Origin: Ascoidea asiatica JCM 7603
Taxonomy: Eukaryota > Fungi > Ascomycota
Length of the DNA stretch: 64,000 nt
NCBI GenBank assembly: GCA_001600695.1
Contig: BCKQ01000004.1
Coordinates: 947,513-1,011,512, forward strand
Reading direction: 5' to 3'
This document shows positions 10,696 to 21,700 of the stretch, piece by piece. The position numbers and the translations under genes were made by a program. Under the pieces are notes generated by a model that worked only from the letters and a program-made list of their open reading frames with translations, was not told where the DNA came from and did no database searches. Within the stretch, counting starts at the first letter, position 1, and every line of letters begins with the position of its first letter.

Positions 10696-11521
10696 ATTAC
10701 ACTATCTTTTAGAATAAAAATGTAACTTATTAGATAAATTATGAAGAAAAACTAGGCAATTGACTAGCCTTGAAATAACTTTTAGTATGTTTAATTTACT
10801 TTATTGTATTGATATTCTTTTATTATTATTGTATTATTTTATCTTTGTTGATTTATGCTCAAAACAGTAATCATGAATTTCAAATATATTTTTCCAGATA
10901 ATCTGAATTTGTTAGTTTCCTTATTTCCAAAGTTTGTTTCCATTTAATCTATGCCACTGTTAACGCTACTTACTTTTTCTTTCGCGTTTCTCCTATGTTT
11001 TTGGTGTTTAGGGTAAAATCCGCAGGAATCCGGATAGGCATCATACCCAACGCTATTGCGTGCAGTACACTAACGCGAATTATTTAGCGTGCGTTTTTTT
11101 AGCCTTCGTTGCGTACAATTACTAAAAACAATATTAGCAACGCAATCTGCGTTAGCGCAGCACACGTTGCACCAAAAAGTAGTCGTGCAATGCAATAGTG
11201 CGAACGCATCGCACAACGCTTTCCTGTTCCAGAATAAATGCGCAGTGTCCCGTTATCAAGAGTATTGCGGCTAGTTTGAAAACTAGCCTCTGGTAACTAA
11301 AAATTCCAGCCGCAAGCGTGATATCCCTGCAAGAGCCAGCATTCTCACCAGCCATTGAATCTCGATTTGAAGTTTTTGGGTAAAATAAGCCATTTCACCG
11401 CCTTTGTAGCCACATTGAATCCAAAAAGGGACGCAAGGCGCATAAGTGTTGTTGTTTGTTGATGTTTTGTTTGTGGTTGCTTTCCTATTTGGGCCTTTTT
11501 CAGTTTGTGTAAACAGAGAAA

Positions 11522-11546
11522 TACCAAATGCGGGAAAATGTAAACA
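11522..11546 (+). promoter_or_regulatory. Mcm1-Fkh composite element (CLB2-cluster type) upstream of CDC5
   Basis: TACCAAATGCGGGAAAATGTAAACA has CC-N6-GG followed by GTAAACA at the spacing of the Mcm1-Fkh2 consensus. A second GTAAACA lies at 11509-11515. Confidence 0.7.
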
Positions 11547-12510
11547 CGTCTTGCTTACTTTCTTCTGAATTTGTTCATTTCTATTCAAAATTTCATTTAC
11601 TTTTATTAAAAGCAGAAAAATTCCATTTTCTCACAGTCAATTTCTGTCTTTTTGCAACTCTTTTAATCGATTTATTCGCCATTTCATCTTCAATTCTTGT
11701 TCATTTTCAGTGAAGTTTGATTAAATGCAATTCAATTTCATTCAATTCTGGTTTTCTTTTTTTTCAATTAACAGCAAATCACTGTCTTCAAGCTTTAATA
11801 TTTTATTTCAAGTTAATATACTTTTTTTATCAAAACTATCACTTCAAAAGGGATTTATTTCACTTACTCATCTTTGATTTTTATTCTACAATTCAAATAA
11901 ATATTAGCTTTATTCTCTTTTTTTTTTTTGATTTTAACTCAAGTTACAATAACTGATCACTAATATCTAATAATTAACAATTATCTCTATAATAATATCA
12001 TCTATATTCACTTCAATGATAGTTATATAAGACTTAAGACTTTATCAAAACTTTTCTTATCATCTTCTTTTCTTATCATATCTTTTATTTAATTATTTAT
12101 TTATATCTTATACCAAAATTTTATTCTTAATACCAATTTATATCCAATTATATACCAGATTATTTTATATCCAATCTTATATCCAACTTTATATCTAATT
12201 TAATATCCAATATACTTTTTCTATATTATAAACTGTATCTTTATCTTCATCTGTACCTTACATAAATATCTATCTCTATTAAAATTAATATCATTTTGCT
12301 TTATCAAAAACTTCAATATTATTTTCATATTATTTATCTTTATTCATCAATCATTATCATTCAAAATCTTATTTCCCTAAAATTTCATACTTCAATCACT
12401 TTATTAGACTTTTCAGATATAATTCTCCATATTACCTAAATAATATTCAAGTTATATTTAATTTATATCCCAAACCTAAACCTAAATTTAATATTAAAAC
12501 TTTTTCAACA

Positions 12511-14535
12511 ATGGGTCAGCCTTTACAAGTTATTGCTTCTCAAGATCTTAATGCAAGAACAAATTTAAGATCAAATATGATTAACCCAAATTTGAATAAT
12601 AATATAAATCAAAATCTAAATTTACAACCTCAAGTTCAACAAAAACAACAAAAAAAGAAAAGAGAAAAATTATCTGCTTTATGTAAAACTCCTCCTTCTG
12701 TCATTAGAACAAGAGGTGGTAGAGATTATCAAAGAGGTTTATTTTTAGGTGAAGGTGGTTTTGCAAGATGTTTTCAAATTAAGGATGATAGTGGAAAAAT
12801 TTATGCTGCAAAAACTGTTGCTAAAGTTTCAATCAAAAATGAAAAAACTAAAACAAAATTATTATCCGAAATTAAAATTCATAAAAGTATGAATCATCCA
12901 AATGTTGTTCAATTCATAGACTGTTTTGAAGATAATGCTAATGTTTATATACTTTTGGAAATTTGTGCAAATGGTTCTTTGATGGATTTATTAAAAAAAC
13001 GTAAAAGTTTAACTGAACCTGAAGTTAGATTTATGATTGTTCAAATTATTGGTGCAATTAAATATATGCATAGTAGAAGAGTTATTCATAGAGATATTAA
13101 GTTAGGTAATATATTCTTTGATTCTGAAATGAATTTAAAAATTGGTGATTTTGGTTTAGCTGCAGTTTTACCTCCAGGAAAATCAAGAAAATATACAATC
13201 TGTGGTACCCCAAATTATATTGCTCCAGAAGTTTTAACCGGTAAAGTTAAAGGTCATAGTTTTGAAGTTGATATTTGGTCAATTGGTATAATGATGTATG
13301 CTTTATTATTTGGTAAACCTCCTTTTCAATCAAAAGAAGTAGATAAAATTTATAAAAGAATTCAGAATACTGATTATTCTTTTCCTTCAAATAAAATTGT
13401 CTCTGATGATGCTAAACAATTAATCTCAGATATTTTATCTTTAGATCCATTGAATAGACCTTCTTTAAATGATATTTTACATTATAAATGGTTTAAAGGA
13501 CCATTCCCTAAAAAACTCGATCCTGAAATTTTGAATTCAATTCCATTTAGTTATTCAAACTTAAGTGCTGTGGATTCTGAGGCAAATTTTTATGGAGCTC
13601 AAGTTGCTTCTGGCCTACTAAATATTGCTCCAAAAAATCCAATAGAAATTTTAAAATCAGATTTAGAATCAGAACAGCCAAAGGCTATTTTACCACAATC
13701 TTTATCTCCAGGTGGTACTAGTAATAAATATAAAGAAATGGTTGTTGTAAATCCAACTGTTTCAAAAAGATTTACTGAAGAAAATCTAATGAATAACATG
13801 ATGAAATCTCCAGCTAAAAAAATAAATTATAATTCAAAATATGATAAAAAATCAGATCAAATTTTAGCAAATGAATGTTTTGAAACTCTTAATGGTATAA
13901 ATATTGCTGAAAGACAAGTAAGAATGAGATCTAGTGTTCAAGAAAAAATAGTTATAAATTCCAAACCAATTTTAATCAGTAAATGGGTAGATTACTCAAA
14001 TAAGCATGGATTTTCTTATCAATTATCAACTAATGATATCGGAGTTTTATTCAACAATGGAAACTCAATTTTAAAATTAGCTAATAATCAAGATTTTTGG
14101 TACATAATTGAAGATAGAATAAAAGGTTGGCTGGCTGATAGTTTCAAAAATGGTCAAGGTCCAGCTGAATTAAAAAGAGAACTAGAAATTGTTGATTTTT
14201 TTGCCAAATATATGAAAGCAAACCTTTGCAAAGTTTCAAATGAAGATAGTGTTAGAGATGAGGATGTTTGGTTAAGAAGATATAGTAGATATGAACCATA
14301 TGTGATGTTCGAACTAAGTAATGGATCTTATCAATTTAACTTCAGAGATCATCATAAAATTTGTATATCTCATAAAGGTAAAATATTTACTTATATTTCC
14401 CCTGATAGAGTTGCCAATACTTTCCCATTAGTTGATTTATTAAAATATGGTGGAATACCGGGTCATAAAGACATTAATTTTGAAGAAAAATATTTGTTAA
14501 TGAAGCAAGCCTTAAAACAAAAAGCTGATATTTAA
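12511..14535 (+). CDS. CDC5: Polo-like kinase
   Basis: LSALCKTPPS, GEGGFARC, HRDIKLGN, DFGLAA, ICGTPNYIAPEV and the polo-box motif SKWVDYSNKHGFSYQL. Confidence 0.98.
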   Translation: MGQPLQVIASQDLNARTNLRSNMINPNLNNNINQNLNLQPQVQQKQQKKKREKLSALCKTPPSVIRTRGGRDYQRGLFLGEGGFARCFQIKDDSGKIYAAKTVAKVSIKNEKTKTKLLSEIKIHKSMNHPNVVQFIDCFEDNANVYILLEICANGSLMDLLKKRKSLTEPEVRFMIVQIIGAIKYMHSRRVIHRDIKLGNIFFDSEMNLKIGDFGLAAVLPPGKSRKYTICGTPNYIAPEVLTGKVKGHSFEVDIWSIGIMMYALLFGKPPFQSKEVDKIYKRIQNTDYSFPSNKIVSDDAKQLISDILSLDPLNRPSLNDILHYKWFKGPFPKKLDPEILNSIPFSYSNLSAVDSEANFYGAQVASGLLNIAPKNPIEILKSDLESEQPKAILPQSLSPGGTSNKYKEMVVVNPTVSKRFTEENLMNNMMKSPAKKINYNSKYDKKSDQILANECFETLNGINIAERQVRMRSSVQEKIVINSKPILISKWVDYSNKHGFSYQLSTNDIGVLFNNGNSILKLANNQDFWYIIEDRIKGWLADSFKNGQGPAELKRELEIVDFFAKYMKANLCKVSNEDSVRDEDVWLRRYSRYEPYVMFELSNGSYQFNFRDHHKICISHKGKIFTYISPDRVANTFPLVDLLKYGGIPGHKDINFEEKYLLMKQALKQKADI

Positions 14536-14851
14536 GCAATGCAAATTAACTTGATATTTTTTTTTAATTTATGATTCTTTCGTTCTTTTAATGTTTTATA
14601 TACTTCAATTCATTTCTTTTTTTTATTATCAATGCTCATAAAGTTTAATTTTGGGACGTTAATTTGAATTAGTTTTTTTTGTTTTGATTTTTAGATTTCA
14701 GTTTTTTTTTCATTTTTTTTCTTAATTTTTTTTTTTAATATTTTTCTCAATCGTTTTTATTTAATCTATATATTTTTTTCTTACTTTTAACATTTGAAAA
14801 ATTCATATGTCAACAAAAATAAATTACATGCATTTATACTGTCACTACTCT

Positions 14852-16030
14852 TTACTTTGTTTTCTTTATTCTTCCAGCTCTTTCTAAATTATCATCTGTT
14901 AAATAATACGCAGGATAGTAATCATTATCAATATTCAAATCTTTTGAGTTTGAAGAGTCTGTATCAAATTTTGAACTTAATTTTAAGTGATTCAAATATT
15001 TTACCAAATGGTTATTATCATTATTAATATTATTATTACTTTTTGATAAATATGGATTTTTAATTGTAGTATTATAACCACCTAAAGAGGTATAGCCAAT
15101 ATCATATAAATTACAATAATTTATATTAAATTTTAATAAAAACCACCAAATTTGCGGTAAATTCCAATTTAAAATTGGATTAATTCTTAAAAAAGAAGGC
15201 CAATCATTATTTGTTAATTGAAATTTTTTTAAATCATTTGCATATGGATCAGTTTTTCTAATGCCAATAAATATTGATTTTTTCAAATTTTTTTTTAAAT
15301 CAAGATAAATTTTAAAACCTTTTTTTAATTCGATATTTTTAAAAGAATCTAAGTTTAATTTAAGTTTTAAATTTAAATTCAAATTATTTTCATTTTCATT
15401 TTTATTATTATAATAATTATATTTATAAATTGAGTTGTTTATAAATTGGTCCATTTCTTTGAAATTATCTTCATAATTTATGTAAACAATATCTATTTCT
15501 AAAGGTTTTTGATTATTATTTTGTTTATTATTATCATTTAAATAGATTAAAATTAAAATTAACATTACCAAGCAATCTTTACCACCATTATAGGATATTG
15601 AAATTTGATCTAAATTATATTTTTCAAAAGTTTCGTCAATTATATTTAAAGTTTCATTGATTTTCATTCTTATGTTTTTCTCAAATTGTTTTACTTCCTC
15701 ATTATATATTTCTTGATCTTCTTTATCTTCTTTATTTTCATTATTTATACTGTTTTCATTGAGATTTTGTATTTTTTGTTGATCTTCCTCAGTTAAGAAA
15801 TCTTTTAGTTCTTTTGACAATCTTGGTATACTATACAGCTCACTCATATCTTGATTTTGTATGGCATTTTGTATATCATTTTTTAAATTATTTTCATTGT
15901 TGACTTCTGTATTATTTTCAGTATAAATTTGATTGATTTTTTCTTTAGTCATATTAAGGTAATAAAAACAAAAAATTGAAAGAATTGAAGTGAATAAAAA
16001 AAATTTGAATAAGTTTCTATTAATTATCAT
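14852..16030 (-). CDS. FAD1: FAD synthetase (PAPS-reductase fold) with a hydrophobic N-terminal extension
   Basis: ISYNGGKDCLV, IGIRKTDPY, WPSFLRINPILNW, YCNLYDIGYTSLGG and ERAGR motifs. True start uncertain. Confidence 0.93.
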   Translation of the reverse strand: MIINRNLFKFFLFTSILSIFCFYYLNMTKEKINQIYTENNTEVNNENNLKNDIQNAIQNQDMSELYSIPRLSKELKDFLTEEDQQKIQNLNENSINNENKEDKEDQEIYNEEVKQFEKNIRMKINETLNIIDETFEKYNLDQISISYNGGKDCLVMLILILIYLNDNNKQNNNQKPLEIDIVYINYEDNFKEMDQFINNSIYKYNYYNNKNENENNLNLNLKLKLNLDSFKNIELKKGFKIYLDLKKNLKKSIFIGIRKTDPYANDLKKFQLTNNDWPSFLRINPILNWNLPQIWWFLLKFNINYCNLYDIGYTSLGGYNTTIKNPYLSKSNNNINNDNNHLVKYLNHLKLSSKFDTDSSNSKDLNIDNDYYPAYYLTDDNLERAGRIKKTK

Positions 16031-16590
16031 TACCCTTGTAATATTTTGGCTAATAATTCTACTGTTTTAACTATTTTGTACCTGATTTCTTTCACTGCTT
16101 TGTCTGTTGGTGATTGTTCTTTTATAAGTGATTATAGATTCTCTTCTCTTCTTTAGGTGATGTGATTAAATAGTTGATCTTCTTTTTCACTCGACTCTGC
16201 AACGCTTCAGCTGCGAAAGAAAAGGCGGGAAGGACCCGAAACCCCCGGGAAACTGCGAGAGGGGAGTTCGGGTCACATAAAAATTTGCGGGGCGGTAATA
16301 TTTTGAAAAAAGAGACCGGGTTTGTGGATCTTCTTTATATATATATATGGAAAGAAAACCCGGAAAAGTGGTCTCTACTGGTTTTTGTGTAAGGTTAAAA
16401 GGCCAAGGCTATAACCGAAACTAAAAGATGGTGGTTTTATTCTTTATTGTTTTTTATTATTGTTTATTTTTTATTCCACTTTTTATTGTCTTTTGTTTGA
16501 GCGTCAAGTTTAATAAGTAATTAATTTAAATAGAACAATTCACTTTTAGAAGTCAATTCAATTCAACTAAGTCAATTCAAGCTCAATTCA

Positions 16591-17175
16591 ATGAAGGCAG
16601 TTGATATCAATCTTTATTCTAAAACAAAAGGTAATGCCGCTGATAATGGCAATAACAACAATGATTATGAAGGGAATAATACATCTATTAAAGATCCAAT
16701 AGAAAAATTTATAACTGTTTATATGAAGAAATATTTACCAAATCTTATATATTTAATTACTTTGTTATATTACAGGAGCATTAAAAAAGAATTCAGGTTA
16801 AATTTGAAGGTTAATTATTATTACTCAATCATAGATGAATTCATGAACAAAAATAAACTATTCACAATTTTCAATCTGATTATTTATTCGATTATTTTGA
16901 TTCCACTTAATTTATATTCAATCAATTTAATCTTGGGCGCTTTAACTTATTCATTGAGTAACTTAAATCTTTTACTAAATGGATTTACATTTGTTTCTTC
17001 AATTCAATTATTTAATTGTTTTTGGTCTCAGATTTTAATTTTACCGTTGGATTTAATTGGAATTATTTATGGTGTTTTAGCTAGGTTTTTTCAAATTTTT
17101 GAAAATTATTATTATTTTGCTGTATTAACTTCATATTTACCTGGTTTCCATTATTATGCAAATTCAAAAAAATAA
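16591..17175 (+). CDS. Small membrane protein, probable divergent promethin/LDAF1-like
   Basis: Long hydrophobic stretch. YSIIDEFMNKNKLFTIFNLIIYSIILIP keeps the F...F...S..L.P spacing of the neighbouring gene (DSIIQFITLHPIFNSLVILNLSVFLFP). Confidence 0.5.
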   Translation: MKAVDINLYSKTKGNAADNGNNNNDYEGNNTSIKDPIEKFITVYMKKYLPNLIYLITLLYYRSIKKEFRLNLKVNYYYSIIDEFMNKNKLFTIFNLIIYSIILIPLNLYSINLILGALTYSLSNLNLLLNGFTFVSSIQLFNCFWSQILILPLDLIGIIYGVLARFFQIFENYYYFAVLTSYLPGFHYYANSKK

Positions 17176-17384
17176 TGTATAAGATAATATATACTATATA
17201 ATATAATATGATATATGATATATTTGAAGAAAAAGCAAAATGTGAAATGCATTATAAATAATATGTAATAAAATAAATGTAAAGAGTAAAGTAGACTATA
17301 AAGTAGAAAGTATAATTAAAAATAAATAGCAATACAATAGGTGATTGAAGGGAGAAAAAAAATGCTAAAAAATGAAAGAAAAAT

Positions 17385-18221
17385 TCAAATTTTTGAAGCT
17401 TTATCTCTTTCATCAGTGAATAATGCTTCTAATGGGTTTCTCAATGACTTTCTCCAAGTTCTGTATCCATTATCATTGATTTTTTTTTCTTTATTCTTAA
17501 CACCAGCCTGTGTAATATTAGCGCCCGTACCTTTATTAACATTATTAATAATATTTCCATGATTTTGATCTTCAGTGCCATCATTACCATCAAGGTCACC
17601 ATCATTATCAGTATTATTATCATCTTGTGGATAAAAGACTCTCAAAACAAAAGCATAAGTTGTAATAGTTAAGGAAGTTAAACAAGTAATAGAAAGAAAA
17701 ATAAAAGGACCAAATAAACCAACACCAATTATTGAAAAATTAATAAAAACAAAATGAACAAAAAAAAGCAAACTACCAATTGTAGAATTTAATAAAAATG
17801 ATAAAATTATGAAAAAAAGTATGAAAATTGGAAATAAAAATACTGATAAATTTAATATCACTAAACTATTGAAAATTGGATGTAAAGTAATAAATTGAAT
17901 TATTGAATCTAAATATGGTATTTTTTTAAAAAATTCTTTGATATTTTTATGAAAGTTTTTGATTGATTGATCAATTAAAATTTGTAGTAGTTTTGTTAAT
18001 ATTGATTCTTCCTGAAAATCATCAGTTCCATTTGCATTTACATTATCTTTTCCATTGTTATTATTTGTATTATTATTATTATTTCCATTAATATTTCCAA
18101 TTCCATTGTCACCTCTATCTTTGGGAATGTAATTATTAGTTGTATTATATCCAGCTTGAACAGGAACATTCTGATTTCTTGAAGTTGGATTCCTAATTGA
18201 GTTTCTATTTCTATTACTCAT
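17385..18221 (-). CDS. Promethin/LDAF1 (Ldo45-like) lipid-droplet membrane protein
   Basis: F-x3-HP followed by a hydrophobic tract of about 85 aa with almost no charged residues and internal prolines, typical of promethin-family hairpins. Confidence 0.65.
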   Translation of the reverse strand: MSNRNRNSIRNPTSRNQNVPVQAGYNTTNNYIPKDRGDNGIGNINGNNNNNTNNNNGKDNVNANGTDDFQEESILTKLLQILIDQSIKNFHKNIKEFFKKIPYLDSIIQFITLHPIFNSLVILNLSVFLFPIFILFFIILSFLLNSTIGSLLFFVHFVFINFSIIGVGLFGPFIFLSITCLTSLTITTYAFVLRVFYPQDDNNTDNDGDLDGNDGTEDQNHGNIINNVNKGTGANITQAGVKNKEKKINDNGYRTWRKSLRNPLEALFTDERDKASKI

Positions 18222-18734
18222 TTTCAGTTCAAAATTGTTGTGAAGTATCTTTTTAAAGGAGAATGGAAATTGGTGGTCGAGCTGTATCAGCGCTTAGAAA
18301 TCAATATATTTTTCACTTATTTATTGAATTTGGGAACTTTTAAGAGCACTTCAAAGTAAACAAAAAAGAAAATTATCAAAAAGAGTATAAGAAGAAAGAA
18401 GAAAAAACAAAAGAAACAAGAAGAAAAGAAGAAGAAAAGACGCCAAAGTACAGAGCCAGAGTCGTTCCACAAATATGGCGTCAAATACGCATAGAATCTT
18501 TGATGCTCCGAGAAGCGGGTTTGAAGCGGCATACGAGCCTCGACGATTGAGAAAATATAAAAAAAAGGGTCCTCACCAAACTTAAAAACAAAAACTAGGA
18601 ATAAGAATAGGAATAGAATAAAAAATAGAGTAAATATAAACTATGTAAGGCGACTGATTAACGTATAATCCGAATTTCAAAAAAGAGAACTAAATAAACT
18701 TTTTTGGCTTTAGACTTGAAAAGTTGGAAGAGAT

Positions 18735-21700
18735 CTATCCTCTTAAATACGTTAAATGCTCTTTATAATTTCTATTGCTCCAGTCGTTGAAACCTTCACC
18801 ATCTACAACACTGTTCAAATCATATAAATAACTCAAATAATTTCCCCATATCTTCGAACTTTCACTTAATACCTTTGAGTTACCAACCATTAAAATACCA
18901 TTACAACCTCTAGTGATCAACGAATTAAATCTATTTTCGTCATTTATGAATTTCATTTGATCTAAGTTGTTATCTTTGGTTAAAATTTCAGATTTCACCG
19001 TTGAAATAATAATAAATTCCTTATAATGATCTTGAAATGATTCCAATGTACCAATTTCAATTCCTTTGACTTTGTTTATTATAGAGTTTTCAAATTCATT
19101 CACATTATTATCTTCAAATAATACAACTCTTTGCTTTGATGATAATTGCTTGAACTCAGTACCTGTTAAATCTTCTTCATTCTTATTAGTGTCATCTTCT
19201 TTGTTGTTTTCCATAATTGAATATCTTCTATTATAAAACTCCTCATATAACTGTTTGGCAAGCTGCATTCTTTGTCCAGTATATAATGTGATTATTCCAA
19301 TTTTTTCATTACTTATATTACAAACCTCATTAAGGAATTTAATTAAAATAGCAATTTTCTTTACTTCTTCTTTATTCTCATATGTTATTTGATTAATAAA
19401 AAAATTATCAACATTGTTAAATTTCTTTTTATAGTAAAATTCTCTTTCTTTATAATATTTATTATTTATTTGATCCCAAAATAAAACTGGAATTGAAATC
19501 TTAGGTATTAATCTTTTATTCAAATTAACTTTTTTAATAATTATATCATTATCTTCTTTAACAAATCCATGAATTAAATTTCCTTTGTAGAAAAAATTAG
19601 AAGGAAATTTAACTAATTTTGAATTCATTCTATATTGTTCATTCAATAACATTGAAGTACAATTTTTATTGATTAATACTCGATTAAATAATGAATCACT
19701 TAAATTAACATAATCTTCAACATTATTATTATTGTTGACATATGGTCTTAATTGTTTGATATCTCCAACTAAAATCAATTTATTGCAATTTCTACTAATT
19801 GGCAATAATGATAATCCGTTTGATGTTTGATTTGCATCATCAATAATAATTGAATCAAATTTAATATCTTCCAATCTAGAGTCTAATGAAGAAAAACATG
19901 TTGTAAAAATAACATCAAATGAATTAAAAAATTCATCAATAAATTTTTTCAAAACTTTATTATTTCTTTCTTTGACAACTTCATCTTTTTCAAATTTATC
20001 ATTCAAATAAATTTCAATTAAATCTTTCTCATTGGAATTTAAAATTAAATTATGAAAACTAAATTCTCCAATCTTTCTATTGATATTATATTCTTCTTCT
20101 TTTAAAATTGGAACTAATCTACAGATTTTTAAATCTCCATTTAACTCATTCAAATCTAAACAAGCTTTATCAACAGATGAACTTACTCCAGAACAATATA
20201 GTATTGGTTTAGAGTTTTTCTTAACTAAATTAGATATTATCGAAGAAATTGTAATCGTTTTACCGGTACCTGTATATCCATTAATTATTGAAAATTTATT
20301 CTGATAAACAAAATCAATTACTTTCTTTTGTAAAAAATTACAGTTTTCTGGATATAGAATTTCATTCAATGTTTGATCATTTGGTGTTATGGTTAGGGGA
20401 TTGAATTCAAAATTTTCAAATTTTTTACCTAAAATCAAATTCATTAAATATTCTTTTAATTCAATTTCTTTTGTTGAAATTCTGAAAAGTGTAATAATAA
20501 TTCTTGAAAATACTAAATTAAAAGGTAAAATATTGAAAGATTTGTTATTAGAAACATTAATAGGTAACTCAAAATCTTTTTTTTTATTATCATTTGAACT
20601 TTTCTTTTCCTCATTTTTACGAATGTTGTCTTTATCAAGAAAATGTAAATCATCATCATCATAATAATCATCATCTTCTTCATTTTTGCCTAACATTTTC
20701 AATGCTTCACTAACTAAAGCATAATCATCATCATCTTTACCATATGGATCAATTAAAAAAGTATTATAAATATTTCCATCTGAAGATTCATAACTATATT
20801 GTAAAATTGATAATTTTAATTCTGGGTTATAATCATTATTTGGTAAATCTTCAATAAAACAAAACATCAATTTATATAAATCTGGTTTCCCATTATCATA
20901 GGAATATTTTAATGCAATGATTTGATCATTACTCAAATATGGCAAATTATAATTCGTATTCAATCTGACAACTGCAGTCAAATCATTTAAGTTGAATTTG
21001 ATTGATTTATATGGAATAAAAGCTAAATTTTTAGAAAATTTATGATTTTTATTATTTGAAGGCATCATTAATTGATAGACTTGTTCATTGTAGATTAAAT
21101 TTGTATTATGAAATAAAAATTCATTGAAAGTATCATAATATGAATCGATTTCTGGGGCTACTAAATTCACATCTAAGTCAAAATTTGGGGCAGAAGGTGA
21201 CAATAATTTTTGATTTCTACTCTTAATTTTATCCATATTATCATTTTTAGATACAGCATTTGAGGAAGCGCTTTCGGATGAATATAAATATTGATTAAAA
21301 TGATCATCATCATTATGCCAAAAGACATAGTCATCATTTAAATTTTCATTATTTATATCAGAACTCTCATTATTCAAAGAATTGTTAATTAAATGATGAT
21401 TATGAGACTTGGAACTATTATTTTTAAAATTACTTTCATAAAGAAAAATATCAGCCAAATTAATATTGTTTAGTTTATTTAGAATTTTGAAATTGTTTTT
21501 TTTCAAAATAAAACTATTGATATAATTTTTGTTTAAAACAAGAGAAATAAACTGATCACTCTCAATTTCTTGATTATTGAAATATTTTGATTTAATATTA
21601 TGTAAACAAGAATCGTTTTGTTCATTATTACAAAAAAAGATTAATTTTTTATTATCATTAGTTAAATTTGCATCATTGGTTAAAGTAAAATCAACTAATT

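Noticed and set aside
11089-11956. Several 60-101 aa ORFs in the APSES/CDC5 intergenic region
   Set aside because: Mostly non-ATG starts with no recognisable domains; expected by chance in GC-richer promoter DNA. The same applies to 59902-61533 and to short antisense ORFs inside genes.
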